From the NCBI GenBank assembly GCA_049965775.1, contig JBMFVX010000003.1, forward strand, positions 1 to 44,022: a stretch of 44,022 nt of DNA, given 5' to 3'. The position numbers and the translations under genes are program-made. The DNA comes from Phycisphaerae bacterium (GTDB lineage Bacteria; Planctomycetota; Phycisphaerae; WQYP01). Each line of letters begins with the position of its first letter. Position 1 is the stretch's first letter. Positions 1-7,464 of this stretch are shown in pieces. The notes below the pieces were generated by a model. The model was not told the DNA's origin, ran no database searches, and saw only the letters and a list, made by a program, of their open reading frames with translations.

Positions 1-77
1 ATTCAGCGTTGCGCGATCCATCCTCCTTATTATCGGACAATAACCACAAATGGTATCAGTTATTTATTTACAGGCCC
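1..77 (-). mobile_element. Probable left end of an IS inserted into the IS4 transposase (family unresolved)
   Basis: On the minus strand, GGGCCTGTAAATAAATAAC begins exactly where IS4 transposase homology breaks (VIY|GPVNK*). It is followed by AGGAGG-ATG at 21 (MDRATLN...), which runs off the window edge. Confidence 0.55.
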
Positions 78-824
78 ATAGATCACATCCGCTTCCAAGG
101 CTTTGATAAATGCGGCGGATTCTGAACCCTTGGCTCCGTCCAGACTCACGCCCAGGGGCACGCCACGTCGCGTGGCCCAGTGCAGGTTCAGTCGTATCCG
201 GGCCATCCGCTTGCGCATCGGACGATCGGCCCGTTGACCCGCATCCGCATCCGCATCCGCATCCGCTTCTGGCAGTGCTTTGGCTGTTTTCTTGGCCGTT
301 CTCTTGGCCGGATGCGGCATGTGCATCTGCATCGCCCATGCCACGCTCACCGGCACCTCAAAATACGATCCGTCGTAAGCCACCACGTTATCCAGCAGCG
401 TGCCAAGGTCCGCATCATCACGCAACTCTCCGGCCGTGGGAACTTTCTTACGCAGCGCCCGTACCACCGGCATGAGTATCTCTGGATCTGCCACGGCCAG
501 AAAATCACTGTGCGTACTGCGGCACACCCGATCCAGCCCTACCACTTCCTGTACACGCCGGTGCTGGCTGGCTAATTCAAACGTTCGAAGGCTACGCATC
601 ATCGGATTGTAAAAACCCAGCAAATGCAGCAACAGCACATGATGAGCTTCCAAGATGCGGTTGCCATGCCCGGCCTGCGCCGAAAGCCGGGCCAGAATCT
701 CCTTAAGTACATGCAACTCTTTACTCCCGGCGAGTTGCTCCAAACGCGGATCATCTTTTTTCTTCAGCAGTGCCGGCAGCGCGTTGGGATCCGGAATCAG
801 AGATCGCTCGTTGGCTTTGCTCAT
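60..824 (-). pseudogene. IS4-family transposase, N-terminal part, interrupted
   Basis: IS4-like N-terminus (SLRT...VCRSTHSD), first DDE Asp in VAYDGSYF, RLNLHW..GVP. The ORF stops right at VIY, just before the expected second Asp (xDRG). Confidence 0.8.
241..264. repeat. Hexamer microsatellite (GCATCC)x4 within the transposase, encoding an Asp-Ala run
   Basis: gcatcc gcatcc gcatcc gcatcc read directly; translates as ADADADAD. Confidence 0.9.
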
Positions 825-903
825 GGCGGACAGTAGAACAGATCCGACGCGAAAGCGCCATTAAGATTGTGTTAAGATTATGTTGCTGCGGCGTTAATAT
901 ATT

Positions 904-916
904 CCGGACAGTATTG
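904..916 (-). mobile_element. IS4-family terminal inverted repeat (left end of the minus-strand IS4 element)
   Basis: CCGGACAGTATTG, whose reverse complement CAATACTGTCCGG is a typical IS4 terminus. It lies 80 bp upstream of the transposase start and is 12/13 identical to 1521-1533. Confidence 0.8.
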
Positions 917-1166
917 CGTCACCAGGCCTTGAGCCAACCAATAATCTCGCCGAGCAGGCCATTCGCTTTGTGGTGCTGGATCGCCATGTCACCCAAGGCA
1001 CGCGGAGTGACCGGGGGCAGCGGTGGTGTGAGCGAATCTGGACGGCCATCGCCACCTGCACGCAGCAACAACGCAGCGTCTTTGAATTCCTGTATCAGAC
1101 GGTCAACAACCACTTCGCCGGACGGCCCGTACCTTCACTACTTCCCTCAGGCCCGTGAACGGCTAC
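917..1166 (+). mobile_element. IS66-family remnant: TnpC C-terminus plus right terminal repeat
   Basis: Frame 919-1158 reads SPGLEPTNNLAEQAIRFVVLDRHVTQGTRS..., the IS66 PTNNxAExAIR motif. It ends in GTGAACGGCTAC (1155-1166), whose reverse complement GTAGCCGTTCAC is an IS66-type end. Confidence 0.85.
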
Positions 1167-1533
1167 CGGTTTTTAACCAACAACCTACTGCTCGATCCTC
1201 AGACCATTGCCATGCTTTACCGTAAACGCTGGAAGATTGAACTCTTCTTCAAATGGGTTAAGCAGCACCTCCACATCAAGGCGTTCTTTGGCAGCAGTGC
1301 CAACGCCGTGCAGACACAACTCTGGATTGCGGTGCTCGTATATGTGCTGGTGGCGCAATTCAAACAGCGACACCAACTGCCGCAGGACATGAACAAAATA
1401 CTTCAAATTGTCGGCGTCACGATTCTCGAAAAAACCCCAATAAATCAGCTTTTTTCGACTCAGGGCATGCAACATCAAACACCGCATGATCGTAACTCAT
1501 GGTATTTATTTGACTTATGACCGGACAGTAGTG
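1167..1533 (+). mobile_element. IS4-family remnant: transposase C-terminus plus right terminal repeat
   Basis: RFLTNN...LYRKRWKIELFFKWVKQHL is the IS4 YREK signature. The stop at 1520 is followed immediately by CCGGACAGTAGTG (1521-1533). Confidence 0.9.
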
Positions 1534-1946
1534 ATGCCGGATAATAAAGTTCGTTTGGACGGCACATGGCGTCTTCATGCCAAACTGCACAACATTCCTG
1601 TGTTGGGCTACCGATACACCATCGTAGTTAAGCCAGGGCTGACGCAGATGCTGCGGCATGGATATGTGGTAGCATCGGCTGCAAACAACGTTGTACTGCT
1701 GAGCTTGCCCCAGCGCCCAATACCGTGAATGCGGCTGCGTATTGCTGACAAAAGAAAGGCTGCTTGTCACAGGGACGGATGTGCGAGCGTCGCAGGTCGT
1801 ACGCTGCCCTTAAATCAAATGAGCTGCTTTGCGGGGCGCGAGGCTCAAAACCGGCCGTGGTAAACGACAGTTGAGTAAGGAGCAATATCGGCGCTGCGAG
1901 CATTGCGCCCACTCCAGCACCTCGGACCGGCGGATATTGCCGCCGT

Positions 1947-2678
1947 CTAAATGCCTGCCCCCTGATCAAGATGGATTCCGCATTCCTTTTTATCCATGCC
2001 GGCCCAGCGGCCGGAGCGGGCATCTTCGCCGGCGGCAACAGGACGGGTGCATGTTTCTGGATTGCAGCCGATGGATGAATACCCCTCATGCCATAATGGA
2101 TGAAATGGCAGTTCGTGCTGCTTCATGTATTGGTATATCTGTTTGTGCGACCAGCCCAAAAGCGGCGAGATGGCCCAGCAGTTGCTTCGCCGGTTCCATT
2201 CCACAATTTGCATGGCGGCTCTGGTCTGCGACTGGTGCGCGCGCACGCCGCGAATCCAGGCTTTTGGGGCCAGGTCGCGCATGGCACGATCAAACACTTC
2301 GTTTTTATTGGCGGCGCAGCAGGCATCGGGGTTTTGGCGAAAGCGCGGGTCGCTTTCGCCATGAACCGTCAGCCAAACCAATGGGTCATTTTGTGAATGA
2401 TATTCGAGCACATTAAGTTGATAGCGCTGGCGCAGCATCTCCATGAATGTCAGCGTTTGCGGAAACAGGTACCCGGTGTTGACAAACACAATGGGAATAT
2501 CCGCCCGCACGCTTATGGCCAGGTGAATGGCGCACATGCTTTCAGCACCGAAGCTGCTGGTAAGCACCAAGCCAGTGCCGAAGGTGTCGGCCGCCCAGCG
2601 AATAATGTCAGCCGGATGGGCGTCGGCAAAGCGGCGGTTAATTTCCGCGGCGTTGATATCAAGCGCAGGGACGCTCAT
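1947..2678 (-). CDS. cysH: APS/PAPS reductase (Fe-S cluster type)
   Basis: TSSFG, NTGYLF, DACC, GVRAHQS..R, GYSSIGC, RSGRW and C-terminal KECGIH motifs. Confidence 0.93.
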   Translation of the reverse strand: MSVPALDINAAEINRRFADAHPADIIRWAADTFGTGLVLTSSFGAESMCAIHLAISVRADIPIVFVNTGYLFPQTLTFMEMLRQRYQLNVLEYHSQNDPLVWLTVHGESDPRFRQNPDACCAANKNEVFDRAMRDLAPKAWIRGVRAHQSQTRAAMQIVEWNRRSNCWAISPLLGWSHKQIYQYMKQHELPFHPLWHEGYSSIGCNPETCTRPVAAGEDARSGRWAGMDKKECGIHLDQGAGI

Positions 2679-3589
2679 GCGGCTTCTCCGGCGTTAGTAC
2701 GGCCGCGGGCATAGGGCGAGCTGCGCCAGCGAGCCTCCAATTTGTCGAGCACATCCACGGGCACCGACACGTTATTGCGGCCTGATACCAGTTGCACATC
2801 GGGCTTGTTTCCGCCATGAAAGTCAGACCCGCCGGTGCACGCCAGGTCGTATCGCCTTGCGAACTCCAGCAAAAGCTTACTGTCATGCGGGCCATGGTCG
2901 CTGTGCCAAACCTCAATACCATCAAGGCCAATATCTTTGAGTTTGCTGATAACTGTTTGCAGCTCGGCGTGGTTGCTTAGCCGCAGTTGCACGGGGTGCG
3001 CCAGCGTGGCCAGGCCGCCGGCTTTGTGAATGCACTCAATGGCTTGCTTGGGGGTAAGACGTTCTTTATCAAAATAGGCCTTGCCTGTGGTGCCCAAGTA
3101 TTGATCAAAAGCCTCTTTCATACTTTTGACGCAGCCGGCGTCAAGAAGAGCGCGGGCAATATGCGGGCGGCCTACCACAAACGGCTCTCCCTGCGGCACC
3201 CCGGCCTTGGCGATGGTTATAACCTGTTCGAGTGTGATGGGGCAGCCCAATTCGTTAAGTCGCGCTACGATTTTAGGATTGCGCTGATTTCGCCCCTCCA
3301 GAAGAATGCGGCTCATGTCGTGAAGCGCCGGCGAAAGCGGATCAATAAAATGCCCCAGAATGTGCATGGTTCCCGGCTGCGGAAACTCGGCGGAAATTTC
3401 GATGCCGGGCACAAAGCGCAGCTTATTGGCATCGGCGGCAGCGCTCGCCTCCATCAAGCCGTTGCCGGTGTCGTGATCGGTAAGCGCCAGGCCGACAAGT
3501 CCGCTGCGCACTGCGGCCTGCACAAGCTGCGTCGGCGTGAGTGTGCCGTCGCTGGCGGTGGAATGGGTATGTAAATCAACAAGAGACAA
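2675..3589 (-). CDS. PHP-domain phosphoesterase (YciV/TrpH-like; possible 3',5'-bisphosphate nucleotidase)
   Basis: DLHTHSTASDG, LTDHD, GIEIS, HILG, GRPHIA, LAHP and GGSDFHG motifs. TTG start; ATGA overlap with cysH. Confidence 0.9.
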   Translation of the reverse strand: MSLVDLHTHSTASDGTLTPTQLVQAAVRSGLVGLALTDHDTGNGLMEASAAADANKLRFVPGIEISAEFPQPGTMHILGHFIDPLSPALHDMSRILLEGRNQRNPKIVARLNELGCPITLEQVITIAKAGVPQGEPFVVGRPHIARALLDAGCVKSMKEAFDQYLGTTGKAYFDKERLTPKQAIECIHKAGGLATLAHPVQLRLSNHAELQTVISKLKDIGLDGIEVWHSDHGPHDSKLLLEFARRYDLACTGGSDFHGGNKPDVQLVSGRNNVSVPVDVLDKLEARWRSSPYARGRTNAGEAA

Positions 3590-3604
3590 AGCGTCACCGC
3601 CTTT

Positions 3605-4219
3605 TTATAAAATGCGATGGTGTTGAACCAGGTAATTCAGGATGGCTCCAACGCACTCGGCCGCCGATGTTGTGTCGGTTTGCAGGTGCAGTTCGGGCGT
3701 TTCGGGTGGTTCGTAGGGGGCGTCAAGGCCGGTCATGCCGAGGCCTTTGCCCTGAGCCAGCGACGCGCGGGCCTTTTTATACAAACCCTTAGGATCACGC
3801 TGTTCGCACACGCTCAGCGGGGCGTCCACAAACACTTCCACAAACTCACCGGCGTGCAGCAGCGCCCGCACTGTTGCGCGGTCGGCGCGGTATGGGCTGA
3901 TGAACCCGGCAATAACAATCACACCTGTTTGGCTTATAAGTTTGGCTACCTCGCCGGCGCGACGAATGTTTTCGGTGCGGTCAGCGGGCGTAAAGCCTAG
4001 GTCTTTGCACAGGCCATGGCGCAGGTTATCGCCATCCAGAATAAACGCCGCATGGCCCCGTTCAATAAGCTGCGCTTCCAGCTCCACCGCAATGGTAGAT
4101 TTGCCACAGCCAGAAAGCCCCGTAAGCCACACCACGCAAGGACGATTTTTCAGCAGGGCGGCTCGCTGCTCGGCGGTTACCTTGTTGTGGTGCCATGTGA
4201 TATTCGGTGTATGGGTCAT
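3605..4219 (-). CDS. cysC: Adenylyl-sulfate kinase
   Basis: [13 protein letters not shown]-loop, [17 protein letters not shown] and APYEPP motifs. Start set at [11 protein letters not shown]. Confidence 0.95.
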   Translation of the reverse strand: MTHTPNITWHHNKVTAEQRAALLKNRPCVVWLTGLSGCGKSTIAVELEAQLIERGHAAFILDGDNLRHGLCKDLGFTPADRTENIRRAGEVAKLISQTGVIVIAGFISPYRADRATVRALLHAGEFVEVFVDAPLSVCEQRDPKGLYKKARASLAQGKGLGMTGLDAPYEPPETPELHLQTDTTSAAECVGAILNYLVQHHRIL

Positions 4220-4271
4220 AGTGTTGGAAGATAGCACAGGTTGCGACCCAAGGGAATACATACAATACCTA

Positions 4272-4291
4272 CCAATTAAGTATTTAATTGG
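4272..4291. promoter_or_regulatory. Perfect 8-4-8 inverted repeat upstream of cysC; candidate operator
   Basis: CCAATTAA-gtat-TTAATTGG. It overlaps a minus-strand TTGCCA (4289-4294) -35-like hexamer about 55 bp upstream of cysC. Confidence 0.5.
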
Positions 4292-4635
4292 CAATACTAT
4301 CATGTTGACTGGGTGCATGCAAGACACTTGCAGACCAGTTCCCAAATAACCTCCCGATAGGAAAGTGAGCAACTACCATCGCTGCACGACGATTGCGCGC
4401 AGCGCCGCAGAACTTTTTTGAGTTTTAATTGACCGCTATGCTGAACTCGGATGGTCACAAGGAGATACCGGGGCAGGCGACAGAAGGATGCAACAACGCG
4501 CCAAGGTCTGACGAGGATGTATTGACCGCAATACCCAGTAATTGGGGCTGATAATGGCTATCGCAGCAGGCGGCGAGTTGGTACGAATGATGACGGCGAC
4601 GGAGGTTCATTCACCGTGGAGTTGGGCGAGCTTGG

Positions 4636-5223
4636 GTGCCGGGTCACCAGCCGAGCTTCCCTGGCGTGCAAAGCGGAACCAACACAATCGGGGTTAATGA
4701 TGACGATCTGCTTTGCGAAAGCGCCTGGCCGCCGCTCTCGAGCGTGCGCGTAGATTTTTCGCAGGTGGGTTACCTGGCTGCCCGCCAATTGGACCGCATG
4801 CTCAACGGTGAACCGATACCGGCTGCCGAGCGATGGCTGGAGGTTGCACCTGCAGGGGTTGCCGCCTGCCAGAGCACTGCGGTGCTGGCCGTAGATGAGC
4901 CGCACGTGGCCACGGCGATTGCCTACATTCGCGACCATGCGTGCGACCCGTGCCGCGTAGACGAGGTGGTGGCACAAGCGCCGGTAAACCGCCGCTGGCT
5001 GGAGCGGCAATTCATGCGAACGCTGGGGCGCACCATACACGGGCAGATCACGCAAGCACGCATGCAAATGGCGATTCGACTGCTTAGCGACTCGGACGAT
5101 ACGCTCGAGCAAATATCCGGCCGCTGCGGGTATACGGAGGTGCAGCATTTTTGCCGGGCATTTCGGCAAAACCAGGGCGTGCCGCCGGGAGCGTTTCGGC
5201 GCAGCCAGCGCGAGCGGGCGTAA
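4636..5223 (+). pseudogene. XylR-type (LacI sensor + AraC HTH) regulator, N-terminally truncated
   Basis: IGVNDDDLLC...PPLSSV...GYLAARQL followed by an AraC double HTH (RRWLERQF...CGY..VQHFCRAFR...G.PP..FR). The first half of the sensor domain is missing and there is no convincing start. Confidence 0.7.
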
Positions 5224-5259
5224 CGCTAACAGGGCTGGATTCAACGTGGCGGGGCTGCA

Positions 5260-5775
5260 TTCACCACGATTCGGATTACAGATTGCCAAAGGGACTACTC
5301 GCACAGGCGGCCCAAAGACATGAAGCGATTCAGGGATTTTATAAATCCATTTTTACCCCGCCATTTTAAATATCGCAGCAATATATAAACATATTAAAAA
5401 TAACTTTGTGGCTTCAACTCTTTGTGGTTAATCTCTTTGGTTTATAATCATGTTTGAGCCTTGGTGGTAAAACACCGTTGCCGTCTGTGTGCCCCCCTGA
5501 TTCTCGGCGCGCCAACCCTCGCGCAGCGCCCACGAGTTATCTCACCCAGAGCACCAGAGCCACAGAGTTCACCTTAAAAACCTCTGCGTTACCCAGCGTC
5601 CCCTGCGGTTAATGCCCGTCGCGCAGCGCCCATATTTAAAATCTTAGTGCCTTGGTAACGCCTGTCCCGAAAGCCTTTTATCGCCGCTCGCGTTCGGGAT
5701 GGTGGTTAACTCCCCGTCGTCATCTCTGCGCACATCTGGGTCATCTGCGGTTAACCCCCGTCGCGCAGCGCCTCA
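5260..5775. repeat. Mosaic of short direct and inverted repeats (REP-like)
   Basis: TCGCGCAGCGCC x3 (5519, 5619, 5761). (CTGC/TGT/GGT)GGTTAA-type motif x5 (5423, 5463, 5603, 5701, 5745). Inverted copies at 5260, 5311 and 5541. Hairpin TCCCGAA...TTCGGGA at 5665-5699. Confidence 0.7.
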
Positions 5776-5912
5776 AACTCTCCCGTTCAGCTGTCGCCTG
5801 CTCACCTGCAGACCGGTAACATGTCCGCGGGGTGAAGTCGAGATGTCTGGACTGGATATTGTTTATATAATACAAATGGATCGGTTGCTCCCGGTTGGTA
5901 AACTTGGCCAGC

Positions 5913-6284
5913 ATGCCGATGCAACTTCAGGAGATTTTCGTGCGGTTGCTTGCTGAATTAAGTTTGAAGGCCAACGATCGCCAGGCCGTGCTTGAAGCTG
6001 CGGCCATTTTGCAGGCGCGTTTTCCGGTGCAGCGGGTGGTGCTATTCGGTTCTAAGGCCCGCGGTTGTGATGATGCCCAATCTGACATTGATTTGCTGGT
6101 TCTCACGAGCCGACCAGTAGCCCCATCGGAAAAGGACCGGATGACCAACGCCCTCTTCGAGATTGAGTGCAAGCGAGCGGTTGTGCTTAATAAGTTCGTG
6201 GTGCCGCTGGAACAGTGGGAACGGGGACTTTACCGTGTGCTGCCCATTCATGCGGAAGTCGAACGGGATGGGGTGCTGGCATGA
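5913..6284 (+). CDS. Minimal nucleotidyltransferase (MNT) antitoxin
   Basis: VVLFGSKARG.DDAQSDIDLLV, the GSX10DXD motif; C-terminal VERDGV. Confidence 0.9.
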   Translation: MPMQLQEIFVRLLAELSLKANDRQAVLEAAAILQARFPVQRVVLFGSKARGCDDAQSDIDLLVLTSRPVAPSEKDRMTNALFEIECKRAVVLNKFVVPLEQWERGLYRVLPIHAEVERDGVLA

Positions 6285-6694
6285 ACGACGACGAAGCCCG
6301 CCAAGTGCTGGCGCAGGGCTGGATGAACAAGGCCGAGGCCGCATTGGCGGCGGCGAAGAGAGACTTTGCGGCCGGCGATATGGGCCTTGCGGTGAACCGA
6401 ATATATTATGCCTGCTTCTACGCAGCCAGCGCTGTGCTGTTGGCGGAAAAGCGCCAGTTCAGCAAGCACGCCGGCGTGCGGGCGGCTGTGCATCAACACC
6501 TGGTTAATACGCAACGCCTTGGCACGCAATGGGGGCAGTTTTACGACCAGGCCTTTGAAGACCGGCAGGAAGCTGATTACCAAGCCTTGGGCGAGTTTGA
6601 CGAGGCACGCGTACTGGATCGCATTGGTCTGGCGGTAGAATTTGTTAATGAGATGCGCCGCCTGCTGGCAGAAAACCCGTCTCCCGAAGGATAA
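6281..6694 (+). CDS. HEPN-domain toxin
   Basis: AVNRIYYACFYAA, SKHAGV and RQEADY motifs; ATGA overlap with the MNT gene. Confidence 0.9.
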   Translation: MNDDEARQVLAQGWMNKAEAALAAAKRDFAAGDMGLAVNRIYYACFYAASAVLLAEKRQFSKHAGVRAAVHQHLVNTQRLGTQWGQFYDQAFEDRQEADYQALGEFDEARVLDRIGLAVEFVNEMRRLLAENPSPEG

Positions 6695-6710
6695 GGATAA
6701 GGATAAGGTT
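6687..6710 (+). repeat. Hexamer tandem repeat (AAGGAT)x3+AAGGTT over the HEPN stop codon
   Basis: aaggat aaggat aaggat aaggtt read directly. Confidence 0.85.
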
Positions 6711-7023
6711 GCGGCGGAGCACACCGCCTAAGATCCGCGGATTGCCTAGCGCAATCGCTAATTAAGAGCGTGGAACAGGCGGTGCTGCGGAGAATTTTTC
6801 CGGGTGCGGTAATTTTTCGGGCGGTCAGCCGGCTGCGCCGGTAACGCAGACATCTTGTCTGCATCGGCCCGAGTGTGGGATTCTGCGTTCCGCTTCAGAA
6901 CAAGGCAGGCAGCCAGCGCCTTGTACCCGGCAAAAGCACCTGGGAATGCCAATAAAATAGGCATGATCTCGGGCTGCCCGGCAAAATTGCTACGCCGCTA
7001 CGCCCATTTTTTCTGGAATAGAT

Positions 7024-7051
7024 TTGACAAAAAAAATTGCGCGCCTATAAT
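7024..7051 (+). promoter_or_regulatory. Consensus sigma70 promoter
   Basis: TTGACA-16 bp-TATAAT immediately 5' of the riboswitch. Confidence 0.85.
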
Positions 7052-7057
7052 GTTTTG

Positions 7058-7285
7058 TAACAGGTGTTCGTCGTGTGTTTGCCGACGGATGAAAAGGGAA
7101 GGCGGTTGAAACCCGCCGCGGACGCGCCGCTGTAAAGGGCAGCACAGGCGTTCGATCACTGAAGTGCGTTTCTCCAGCGCAGGCTGGATGGTAAAAGCCG
7201 GCGATTTCAGCCATGAAATTGCGAAACGTGCCCCGGGAAGATCGTTCGCCGTTCTCCAGCCCTGAGCCAGAAGACCTGCCTGTTG
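7058..7285 (+). ncRNA. Cobalamin (B12) riboswitch
   Basis: AACAGGTG...AAAAGGGAAGGCGGTTGAAACCCGCCGCGGACGCGCCGCTGTAA...GATCACTG...GGGAAGATC...GAGCCAGAAGACCTGCCTGTT. The B12 box is present and the ends (AACAGG/CCTGTT) pair. Confidence 0.93.
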
Positions 7286-7464
7286 ATGGCCACAAAGTCC
7301 TCGCGAATACGGGACACAAGGCCGAGTAAGTAATTGGTGTTTGGCATCGTAGATGCGAATGTGTTGCCGCGCGTGCGGTGACTTGGCGAAGGCATAACGG
7401 CTTTGTTGGCTGTGCGCGTGGCTTGGCCTTTTTCGCTGGTGCCAGGAAAGGAAAGGTCGCGGGT

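Noticed and set aside
904-1533. The two IS4 repeats as ends of a single element
   Set aside because: They are in direct, not inverted, orientation and belong to two different nested elements.
1534-1946. ORFs 1417..1770, 1486..1728 and 1628..2089 between the IS nest and cysH
   Set aside because: No recognisable motifs, and they overlap the IS end or cysH. One could be an IS-disrupted gene, but this cannot be supported.
5260-5775. Possible CRISPR array
   Set aside because: The identical core is only 12 bp, spacing is irregular (100, 142), and no cas genes are present. Kept as a repeat mosaic instead.
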